Shown here in pieces: positions 53,309 to 64,000 of a stretch of DNA of 64,000 nucleotides. The notes beneath the pieces are model-generated. The model worked only from the letters and a program-made list of their open reading frames with translations, was not told the origin of the DNA and did no database searches. Origin of the DNA: Hyphochytrium catenoides (lineage: Eukaryota; Protista; Hyphochytriomycota); assembly GCA_900088475.1 (NCBI GenBank), contig FLMG01001010.1, forward strand, positions 62,001 through 126,000, read 5' to 3'. Position numbers and translations under genes: made by a program. Each line of letters opens with the position of its first letter. Position 1 is the stretch's first letter.

Positions 53309-56300
53309 TTACTGGGAACTTCTGAGCTCCTTCTCTTTTCTTCTAGAAAAGACAACTCCCTGACCGTCTAAGAACTTAGCAAGCTCTACTTTTGAAATCT
53401 TGAGCTCTGTCTTCGTGCTCAGATATTGATGCACCGCATGGAGGTTTATGGGTACATGAAGGATCATCTGGTGGTAGAAAGGAGAAGCTTTGACTGCAAG
53501 TAGGAGCGGGCTTTCTTCTTCCTCTGGGAGCTGTTGTGGTTCCAATGATGATGCTGATCGGCCCACATCGGACAGGGATGAGTGAAAACCTTGGCCTGAG
53601 CCTAAGAAAGAAGCTTAGATCGGTATCGATGACTCTTTGTCCTGATGCCGCTAGACTAGGATAGGTCGCCTGCTGTCCAGCGCCAACTACTTTAATGTAA
53701 TCCCCACATCACAAGTGAAACCTTCATCGCTCGAGGACCCTGTATCTCGACGGTCCTCGTTCTCTTTGGTTGCACCCCATCTAATTCTTACAATGTCCTT
53801 TCCCTCGGCTTAAGCATTGTTGCCGTCATAGTTCCTCTTTCCTGTTGCCCTCTTTTGTCTGGTTCCTCTTTCCTGTTGCCTTCTTTTGTCTCGACAACAT
53901 CGCTATGAGCACTCCTCTAAACTTCTCTGTTCACTGCACCTCGAGGACTATCAACGACTGCAATAATGTACGGCGCTCCGCCTTACTTACTGTCGGAAAG
54001 CTCAGCTGTCCTCTGCCTAGCCGCAGGTGACTTCAGGGGAGGGGATGGAGAGCTGAGGTCCACAGTTCCGCCTGTTGGTCTTATGCCTTCCTGTCCATGG
54101 GCCTTATCTACGTTCCTTCGCTGTATTGCTCCCGTACTTCCCATCCCAGTTTCATGTTCCTGATCATTACCTCCCAGAACTAAGCTTTGTTCCCGTGCCC
54201 TTCTTCGGGCTATTATCCTGTCGACGCTGGCGATGATAGCCTCCTCATCCAGGCTATCGCTATCTTTAATAAGGCTGTGGGAGGCGCCCGAGCTGCTATC
54301 ACTGTCCAGTTGGATAGGACTCGCAGCCTTAATAGCCTTCGGCTCGTCTCCTTCCCGGACAGGAGCGCACTCCGATAGCAAAGAGCACGTCCCTTCAGCG
54401 TTTGTGCCATTGGCCCCGTGATGACTAGCAGATGATTCTGATGACAGTGGCGAAGGAGTACTCGGTTTGCTATGATCAAGGGAAGATATTCTCCTGGATA
54501 TCCTCTCCCTTAGCGAAGGCGTTGAGGGGTCATCATCATCAGAAGATGAGGAGGGCGAACCGGAAAGCCCTTCTTGCCTTCCGTCGTCTTTCCCTGAGTT
54601 TGAGACCAGTGGTGGCGCGGGAGAAACAGACTCAGCAATGGACGAACACTGTGGAGCCAATTCACGACGGTGGGTCATTGGATTGTCCGTGGCAGGTGTT
54701 TGAAGGGATAGGTTCCTGCTTTTTTCTGGACCTGGACTCTCAACCAACACAAACGCAGAGCCAGTTGAAGTTGACGAATCGCTATCTGATTCTGTCCTGC
54801 GCCCATGACTTCTGTCATCTATGTGACTGTCAGTCGTTCGTCCTAAGGTTTGCCTATTGAGGACGTTTCTCTGAAGCTCTTGGTATAACTCGTTGGCAGT
54901 ACACCCAGAAGAAATGGACGGAGATAAGGATCGAGAGGCCAAGGAAGGGAGAGTTGCACTTTGCAGTGCCTCAGTGAGGAAGGAAGACTGCGTAAGGTCC
55001 TCGGTATCTGAATTGTTCGAGGAAGTAGTAGAGGACGACGAGGTAGCGGAGAAAGTAGCTAACCCCCAAAGGGAGAGCTTCTTGCTCTTCCTGGACTTTA
55101 GTGAGGGTATCGAAGGCCTTAGACTGTCCGAGGCTTCTGCTTTCCACCAGGTGCAGAGAGCAAGAGGGGATAAGGCGGATATATAGGGGTTAGATTGAAC
55201 TTTTTGTCCAAAAACTTGAACGACAATAACATCAGGGCAACCTGAGAAGCAAAGTATCAAGTTCAAAGCAAGCGAGCCAGGACGTACGCAGACCTAAGGC
55301 GATGTAAACTTCCAAAAGAATGAGAAGTGCTGGATTATTACCATCATCTTCTAAGGCCGAAGGTCGCTGACTCGGGTCTATTTCAGAAGGGATGGCGGCC
55401 GCGGCTGCGGTTGATAACGAATTCGGAAAGCTAGGGAGTCCCACTGGCGTGGCGTTGAGCATCACGATCGACTGCTAAGCTTGTATCCGACTTTCTTACC
55501 TTCGACTGGTCCTGAGGATTCTATCTCTTCAACATGTTCCTTGTTGTCCTTCTCCTCTGCGATGTCATCTGCAGGTGGCTGTTTGGCTCTCTTCGATGGA
55601 GGCATGTCCGGAAATATATCGCTCAGGACCTGTTAAAAGTGATATAAGTGCCTTATCTGGTATGAAGCGAAGCGTAAGCGAGGACTGACACGATTGTGGA
55701 GAAAGGCGGGTTGGTCGTGTGGGCTCTAGAAGAAGAAAGAGTGACCAGATTATAGGTTACCCGTTCAACATCCAACGGTCCCTGCTCTTCAGGGGGTATA
55801 ATTTTGGAGCTTTGCTGTCGGAAACGAAGCAGGAACGTCTTCTTCTCCATTGCCTGGGTCTTCTCAAGTTCCTTCAAGCGACTCTTCATCACAGTTCGCC
55901 GGCCCTACATACGGCAAGTAGAGATATGAGCTATTCGCTGCGATAGAAGGAATCAAGCCCTAGCTAAGTTACACGAAACGTACTAAATATCTAAGGTAAC
56001 AAAAGAAAGCAAGGAAGACAAGAGACCTCTAGCTCTGCCATAAGCCGATCCAGCTTCCTCAGCTCCCCTCTGAGCTCCTTTAAGCCCAAGCTTTGGATGT
56101 CCACTTCGCACAACGTTGGAAGCATTCCCTGCGAACCCGTCGCCGCTCCTGTCGCAGCCTCCCTTTTTTGTTTTCTTTCGCGTGACTTCTTTGCCGGCGA
56201 TGGCTTCTGCAGGGACTTTGACAAAGCTAACGCAAGCTGTAGTTCCTCTTGCTCCACTGTTTTGGGGGGACCACGAACTGCTTTCCTCTTCTTGTTATGC

Positions 56301-58037
56301 GCAGTCGAGTGACCAGACGGAGTGGCTGCGGGCGGAAAGAGCCTAGAAATCAAGAGTTAGAATGAGCCAACAAAACGGATGCATTGTGTCCTAGTTTGCA
56401 AAGGAGTCGGTCAATGTAGTAGAACGAACTACGACAGTCGGAACGATTAGTACTGACGATGAACTGCCTCCTATGAGAGCCAAAGAGAGGGTGAAACAAA
56501 ACAAGTCAGACCGTGGTATAGGTCCCAGCGTAGGGGCGAAGTCCAAATCGTCTTCGGTAGTTTTTAGGGCCATCTTAGAGTCTTTGGACGGCCCTTTATC
56601 TTCTTTTCCATGTCCGTCAAAGGCTCCTCGAAAGAGCTCTTTAACAGCAGACCCATCTTTCTTCCTTTCATCCTTGCGAGTATTGCTGTCCGCAGACAGT
56701 CCCTCGGCGCACTGATTAATGTGCAATTGCCTCGCCTATGAGGGTAATGAGGATAGCAGTTTGCATCATTAAGAGATAGCAGGTGCTATCAGCTAGCAGC
56801 ATGAGTATGAGATAACACTATAGCGGTCACACCTACCTTCAAGTCTAAGGGAAGGTCCATAGAGCAGACGGGGCAGACCAGAACCGGTGACGAGGGTGAT
56901 TTCAGACCCTGTTTGGTTTCGACCTCTGTCGAAGCTTCCTTGGATTCCGTTTCGGAATGGGTTGAGTCGCATTCATCTCTTCCATCTTCACCTTTGGAGA
57001 CCCAAGCCTTGCTGACCTTGATTTCTTCCTTCAATTTGTCGTCTTCATCTCTGTTCTCTTTGGACGCCGCTGCTTTGGTGCTGCTGCCCTCATCAACATC
57101 CATGAGTTCCTCCACTCTTCCTTCTCTTTGATCCTCGCTACTGTCCACTTTCTCGGTGTCTTTGGTCCAAATCTTTCCGCTGGCGCTTTGCGCTTTCTCG
57201 TCTGTGATCAGTTCCTGGTCGCACTCTTCTCCCCTAACTCTGACTTCATTGGCGGACTCTGTGCTTACGTCTAAGCGGGTGTGTTGGTGTGACTTGGCCA
57301 GAGCTTGTAGACCTGCTTTTCGTCTCATCGACAGGTGTATCAGGGACTTTCCAATCTTGAAGGACGTTGGGAGGGGTCGTTTGCAGGACCGGTGAGGGGC
57401 TAGACTCTCTCGCAGCTCTGTCACCAAGGTCCCGTTCCTGCTGTTAGCATCCGTGATCCGCACTGCATGGTCATGGTTCCCTTGTTCCTTCCTTTCAAAA
57501 GCTGGGTCTTCGACGTTCTCTTTGTCAGAACCGCTGTCTTTCTTTTCAACGACCAGCTGCACAGTAGCATGAATTCCAGAGATTTCCACGTCTTTAAGAA
57601 GTCTCACGTTGCAAGTTTTACTTCTTCCAAAACGCAGACTCATTGGAGATCGGGTGCTCTGTGGGGGAAATGCCCATTGCTCTCCCGTGTGCGGGCCGGT
57701 CCTCACAGCGACGAGAAGTTCGAGTTCGTTAGAGTCGCTGAGCAGCTCATTAGTAAATGATGGGCACTGCGCGGAAGACCTGCAGGTGCTTCCATTGGAG
57801 GATTGTGAGTCTGTCTCCGCCTGTGAGATGCTGCTGTTGCTGTCTGTGGCTAGTGGATCTCGAAGTGGAAGAGCCACAGCCTCCCCTCCCAGTCTTACGC
57901 CTATGTCCTCAGCAGCAAAGTCATCTAGAGAAACAGTTGCAACCCTTTTCAGGCTCGTCTTTTGGTGGCGGGTAGGCAGCTGTAATACTTTGCGGCGTTT
58001 CCATGACTGCTGAGATGGGATCATCTTCCATTGTCAT
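53309..58037 (-). CDS. SLX4: SLX4-like nuclease scaffold with N-terminal FHA, UBZ4 zinc finger, UIM and C-terminal SLX1-binding (CCD) domain; start at 58037 or 58024
   Basis: FHA: FGRSKTC...ISGIHATV...ITDANSRNGTLV. UBZ across a splice: CPVCSMDLPLDLK|ARQLHINQC. UIM: EQEELQLALALSKS. C-terminus FYHQMILHVPINLHAVHQYL...ISKVELAKFLDGQGVVF fits the SLX4 CCD pattern. Confidence 0.78.
53831..53892. repeat. 31-bp x2 tandem duplication in the last SLX4 intron
   Basis: gttcctctttcctgttgccYtcttttgtct is repeated at 53831 and 53862. Confidence 0.9.
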
Positions 58038-58348
58038 CCCTACATAGGCCTATGCGCATACAGACTCTTCCTGGCCTGTCCGAGGCACCTTCCGCTATCC
58101 GTAGACCACAATCAACCGCCAACTTTTCCACAGTCCCAGATGGTTACCATGACCTATCCAGCGCTAATCAAGAGCGCCTTCGCCAATATGAGCTTCATTG
58201 GCCAGATGGACCGCTCATCCAATCGCGCCTGAACTCTCAGATTCTATGAGTTCTCTCTGCCGGCGAGTGCTCCCAGCGTCTTGGCGCTTCACTTCTTGCC
58301 GTTCCAGGTGGCGGGAGAGCTTTCCTTTCCTCCTCTTCTACTGCAGAG

Positions 58349-58550
58349 TAAAAAACTTTTAAGCAGTTTTTGAAGAATTTGTAAGGTTTAATTGAGATAT
58401 TATTATATTAAAAAGTAGAGAGCTTGGTGAAACATTTTCCGTGCTTTTAGAACAGGTAACTTGGAGCACAGGAAATATTCATTTTATGTTCTTATGTATA
58501 GTTTTCAAAAAAGACTATTACACTCTCACATTCTCACACTCTTTTTATAG
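58349..58550. other. AT-rich island in the divergent intergenic region
   Basis: Visibly A/T-rich (e.g. aatttgtaaggtttaattgagatattattatattaaaaag) against a background of about 50% GC. Confidence 0.7.
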
Positions 58551-58997
58551 CTCCTGGGGGAGGTCGATAGCGGGACCATCAGAATCATTGTTTTTCAGCG
58601 TTCAACATCTTCCTCGTCCAGGTCCAAGGCCAGCGCCATCAACAGCTTCGGCTTGTCACGGCTTGAAACGGATCAGTGTCGACCGACAGCAGGCAGACCA
58701 AGAGCGATTGAAGAGGAGAAGAGAGGCAGATCTCACTGAATAATCTCAGGATAAGCCCTTCTTTGGCTTAGAGCATCTTTCCATGTGCGCGTTGAGGAAG
58801 CTACAACTGGAGACCCATTGAAAAGATACCTGTTGAATCTAGTGAATTCTGTGCCAGGATCTGGTTGGGGAAGGGCAAAGCGCTGAAGAAGACGACCTCA
58901 GATAGGCTCCCATTGCTCCATTGAGGAGCTTCTCACCTAACACAAACCTAGGAAGACAGAGGGGGCCAAAGCGAGGGCCTGCGACCTCAAACTACTA

Positions 58998-61900
58998 ATG
59001 TCGTCAACGGAACCTTCGCCAGGGGGAACCTCCCATAACCCTCAAGGCAGCCAACAGACCCCCGTCTCTGGTTCTTTAGTGAGTCCATCGTCTCTCTTTG
59101 AGGCATTGCGGAGTGAGGATGCAGGCATACATCTCAAGTTGGTTAAGTGCACATCGTCGAGTTTCCTAGAGCCAGAGTATTTGCCAGATAACATCCAAGG
59201 GCCGGCCCTTATTCCGGGATCTCTAACCACTGACCTGGACAGCTTCGTTGACATGCAAGAAGGTGCCAAATCTATTGCTTTGTATCCTCCGTCCTGTGTG
59301 GCCAGCTTTCATATGCCTCTTGCAAATTACTGGCGGCTAACTTCTTATTATTCGGATCCTGCCGTCCACAGACATTATCCCGCCGTTCTTGAGCTATGTT
59401 CGTCCTCTTTTGTTTGTATCGTATAAGGGAAACTGCTGGTCATTCTTTGCTGTTGTCCGCGCCTCATTCGGCATCCATGGACTTTTGTTCCTTCAACGGG
59501 CAATCCTTGACACTGCGCTTACCATTGACGTGCAACCAACTCTCTTCGTTCTATGTCCCATATTTCCGGGCATCATTATGCTGACACTACACTCTTAGAG
59601 CCCTGGCTTCCCTCGCTTGAGGCAATAGAAATGCTCTTTGAGAGCTTGAATCTGGTAGAAGGGGACCGGGTGGTCTTATATGATGCTTACCAAGCACCTC
59701 TCAGGCCTAGCGGCGTCCTTTGGCACATAATCAGGGCGTATGGGTTCGACAATGTAAGAGCTACCTTGCTTTAGGATATCCGTCCATGCTATCCTTCGTA
59801 CCTCTAGCTTTTCCCCTTCCTACTCCTCAAATGTGTTTGACCTAAGGCAGTGCTAGCTCAACTCTAAGTATATGGCCCTTTCGTCACCCGCATGAACCAA
59901 TGTGCTTGGAAGGTGCGTGTCCTAGACGGTGGGCTGAAGTTGTGGCACGAGTTGGGGCTACCGCTCATCTCAGTTATGGAGAACGAGGAGCCAGAACCCG
60001 ATCTTGGCGACCAGCCGGTGGAACCCAATATCAAACATGCGACAGAATGGAGAGCAAGAGTAACAGATATGCTGAGAACTCTCACGCAGGAGGAGGAAGC
60101 TGCTCCACGGGTCAAGGTCCTGATTGCCGGAAATGAGGATCTTAGGCAGGAACATAAGGGAATCTTCCATGATTATCCCTTCCTCAAGAAAGCAGTAGAA
60201 GTTATCCAGAGGTATGAAGACTCATGGTGTTTTCTCTCTGGTCCTTCCCTTCTGACCTTCCATACTGATCACCTTCTCCGTGCATCTATCGCTCTCATCC
60301 GCCGGTGTCTGGCTTGACACTGACTCAACTATAATCTGTTGCTAATTACTTCCGCATCAGTGCGAAATTCTTTGCAGGCGAGAAATTGGCGATGCAGCAC
60401 TTCAGAGCTGAGGTGGCACGGTTAGGTAAGAGACATTTGAGAGAGAAGAGAAGGAGGAAGGGAGAGTCGTGAACGGAGAGAGAGGGGGCTGCTTTGAATA
60501 ATGTATGGGGTCAGCATGCGGTCCTTGCGTAAAGGAGTAAGCTTGAGAACAGAAGAGGGCAGAGGAAATTCACGAGGGTATAGTGGATACCATTCAGGAC
60601 AGAGATAAGGCCATTCTGAAGCTTGTCTGTCCATCCACTCCTTTGTAGGGGTAGGCAGTGGCAAAGTCCAACTGCTCATCGCGGCAGACGAGCCAATAGA
60701 AGGTGCAGCTCTGCATCTGGCGCTTACTGAGCTGAGACTTTCATCGTTGCTAGCTCCCATATCCGTCAGAATGCTTAGGTAAGCTTGTGCAGTACGTCCA
60801 TTGTTTTGTGCGTACTCAGGCCCCGTGAAAGCATTGTACTTGGATGAAGTCTACTTTGCCACAGTGCTTGAACTTCCTTACATATTGGATACTTTAGGCC
60901 TCTCATATCCGACTCGGTCATCTCTGTGACAACTTTACATGGCCCTTCTTACTTGTCCAAACTAGGTCTCTCTTGGAAGCAGCTACGGAACCCGATGAGA
61001 TCATAATGGAAGCTGGACCGGACAACTCCTTCGATGTCTCAGAGTCTCCTACGTCCCCCTCCGGCGGTTCGGACTCTTCAACGTCCTACGAAGAGCAATT
61101 TTTGAAGTGAGAACCTCCAGACCCACAAGTATTCTGAGTTATCTGCTTGTCCAGCACCCTACCGGCAGGCATTGCCTTTCTACGTCGTGGTTTTTTGAAT
61201 TTGCTTGATATCCGAGGAACGTCATTCTCTGACGCCGCTATCTCCCTATCTTCTACAAGCTGCCTTACTGGAGAGGCATTTTCCGGCTTCTTGGACTGCC
61301 ATGCCAACTAAGTTAGTCAATAGTCACTCAACGTCATGTCTTGTCACCTGTGTACAGGGAATGCCTTCGTTCTTTAAAGGATAGAACCACTTCAAGGGAC
61401 GAAAAGGAAGATGAAACTGCTGCCGATGTGAAAGACGAAAGCATTAGCCCAGATGCTTACTTCTACCTGCCCCCTTCGAGTACAAAGGAGGCGTTGATGA
61501 AGGTTTCCACTGATATCTGTGAGATGGTGTCCTTTATGCTTTCACCCCTCGGAGTTGGAGAGGTATGACATCTACTTCTGTGTTGCTGTTGCTTGGCGGC
61601 TCTGTCTCCTGTCTTGCTTACTTCACATTGCTTGGCAATCTCCGTACGTCCTTCTATTATATTGCCTGAGACTTGGTCTACTTCACTGGTCGTATCCGGG
61701 TTGTGTCTGGTGCCCGTTTTCGTCCCTCTATAGTTGTCTCTCCTTCTCCCTTGCACACTTCTATCATTGTAACGTTGCTTTCCCCTCTCTCGTATGGTAC
61801 TCTATATAGGAGCAGGCGGCATCCGAATCTTCAGACCTGGAGACAATTTTCCAGTACGCAGTCGAGTCGGCATCTGAGCGGGTCTACAAAGACCATGGAG

Positions 61901-64000
61901 TCAATGAGGCTCGCATGGCAATGTCAATCCATAAGTATGTTGACAAACTCGGGGACACGAAGTGTACGGTAAGAGGCAAAATTGTCGAGCACTCGTTCTG
62001 GAGTATGGCCTTCGCGTTTCTCCGTCCTGCTGTGGACTGGCGTTGCACATCTGTACCTCTCTTGGGGTTGGTTTAGTCCGCTTGTGGTCAACTCTTCTGG
62101 GCAGTTCCTTCTGCCCTCTGCAATCTAGCTCTAAGATAAAATACGGCCGTTAGGACCTTCTGAGGAGGGTGAGCAGCCTCATCACCAGCGTCGGAAAAAT
62201 TGACCGATTTGTAGAGGTAAGGGCAACTTTCCTTATTTTGAGGGTAGCCAGACGTTACTTTTTCTTCGAAGGATATCCAGGACGTCCTCTGACAGTCGTG
62301 ACCATGTTCCCTTTCCCGTCGAGCAGCTCACAAATCCGATTGATAACGAAGCCCTTGCAACAGCTATTGATGAGCTGCATCAAAGAGCCTCAGAATTCCT
62401 GAAGGAGCTTGAACTACCAGGTATGCGGGACCCGCCACTTTTCTAGCCCTTGAGAGTTAGCATATATTTTGGTCCGATATGTGTGTGAGACAGAGAGAGA
62501 CAGACTGAAGAGAGAGCTCCCTACAAGTTGGTTACCTCCATAGGTGTAATAGAAGCAGTAGTCTTGAGTAACATGGTTCGCTTGCTTTGCATCCTCTATA
62601 TCCGTTCTCCCTCTGTCTCCACCTCTGTTGCCTTGTCTGTGCCAACAACAGACGTGAAAAGATTCCTTACCACTCTCCTCTTCTCTGGCCTCGCACAAAC
62701 GAAAACGCTGCAGATGATAAAAACACTGGTGAGGAAGCGCAATCCAGCTGGGACAATGTTTACTCGGGGGTCGCATACAGTTTGGGATTTCGCCTCCCTA
62801 ACAGGAGGAGGCGGAGGCTGCCTATTAAGGCTTTAAAAAAGAAGTTACAGAGTCTTTTTGACATCGTCGCCCCACTTTATCAGAGATCCAAACTTTCCCA
62901 CAAAGAGTTTACCGTAAGTCAATTCTCTCGTGCGCCACGCCCGTCGTCATTCTACGCTGAGAATATCAGTCTGAGCTTTCTTAATCTGTGTCGACCCTGG
63001 TGCTGCACATCCACAGCCTACTTGGCTTATCTATTGTTAAGCATCTCCCTCACGTTTTCACAGGCCTGGGTCGATGCTTCGAAAGATCCATCGGTGAGAA
63101 GTGTTGCTGAAGAGGTGAGATCTGATCATGCATTCTCATCCCAATCTACTCGCAAATAACCTTGGCCATGCCAGACCTTGAACAAATGGAAGATGATTCG
63201 GGAACGATTGGACAAATCAATCGTGGGGCTCACCGATCCGGCCTCGGAACATAGAAAGAGATTGGACTCAGACCTGTGTCGCCTGGTCCAGTCAATCCAG
63301 GTCCGTTGCTCTTCAGTCCTCCATGCGAATTGTGTTCGTTTCTCCATTGACAAACTGACGTTATGCTGTCTGACCTCCTTGTCTTACTTCCTCTATGCCC
63401 TTTTTCTCCGTCACGACCGTCCTGCTATATAATAAGGGTCATGCAGAGAATTTAGCTGGCAGTAGAGGAATGTATGAGGACGCCATCGAAGAGTTTTCTG
63501 CTGCCTTGAGTAAAATTCCAGCCTTTCATACGGTAAAGCCGAACAAGCCATGGTCGCAGACCTCACGAAGTGCCTTAGCCATAGCAGTTTTTCACGCTTC
63601 AAGAGCGCGTTCTAACGATTTTCTTGCGTCTTCCGTTGACAACATTGAACTCATGTTCTCCAATGACGGCAGACTGCTCTTCCACTCCTGGAAGGTAGGG
63701 CGGAATGCAAGATCCAGCTGGGACAGCTAGACGGTGCACGGGCAGACCTTACCAATGCTCTTCAGGTCACTGATGGTCACCTCTCTCATCTGCTTGATGG
63801 TTACTCTAAGCCCTTCTCTACCTAAGGCAGAATGCGGCCTGGTCATGCTCTGTTGTTCCTGCTGTCTACCTTGTGTCGTCTGTTCTAACAGCAACTTCGT
63901 TAGATCGATGGAGAACGCGTGCAGGCTACCGCTTTGCTTGGAAAGGTATTAGAGGCCGAGGAGGACTACGAGGCTGCTTTGGAATGTTACATTAAGGCGC
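58998..64000 (+). CDS. Degenerate tandem-rhodanese (MST/TST-like) N-terminus fused to a helical/TPR region; at least 15 exons; 3' end outside the window
   Basis: LVSPSSL, IPGS, LPS, VVLYD, LWHIIRAYGFDN|VRVLDGGLKLWHELGLP are rhodanese domain 1 signatures. Phase-compatible GT-AG exons lead to GMYEDAIEEFSAAL and ATALLGKVLEAEEDYEAALECYIKA (TPR-like). Confidence 0.75.

Overview
Gene-dense, intron-rich eukaryotic nuclear DNA (about 50% GC, GT-AG introns mostly 50-500 nt, standard genetic code). It is not prokaryotic: I see no operon, CRISPR array, rRNA or tRNA. The gene content (central-pair protein PF6/SPAG17, a Dam1/DASH subunit, bacterial-type PepN) suggests a flagellated protist, possibly a stramenopile, but that is inference. 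Genes in order: MARCH6/Doa10 RING-CH E3 ligase (-); an 82-aa two-exon Dad2-like kinetochore gene missing from the ORF track (+); a large acidic/ankyrin-repeat protein (+); SPAG17/PF6 (-, 12.6 kb); a candidate micro-gene (+); Nar1/NARFL (-); aminopeptidase N (+); RPS15A/uS8 with a structured 5'-UTR intron (+); a single-exon membrane-anchored hypothetical protein (-); a TRFH+telobox Myb telomere protein (-); a ppGalNAc-transferase (+); METTL5 (+); an FHA-UBZ-UIM-SLX4-like scaffold (-); and a catalytically dead double-rhodanese/TPR fusion running off the right end (+). I found no convincing new multi-gene system. The best leads are the hidden Dad2 gene (and a weak Ask1-like candidate), the FHA-fused SLX4, the pseudo-sulfurtransferase-TPR fusion, the TRF1/2-like architecture and the hairpins in the uS8 leader intron. 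All exon models were built by eye, and all family calls come from remembered motifs, not database searches.
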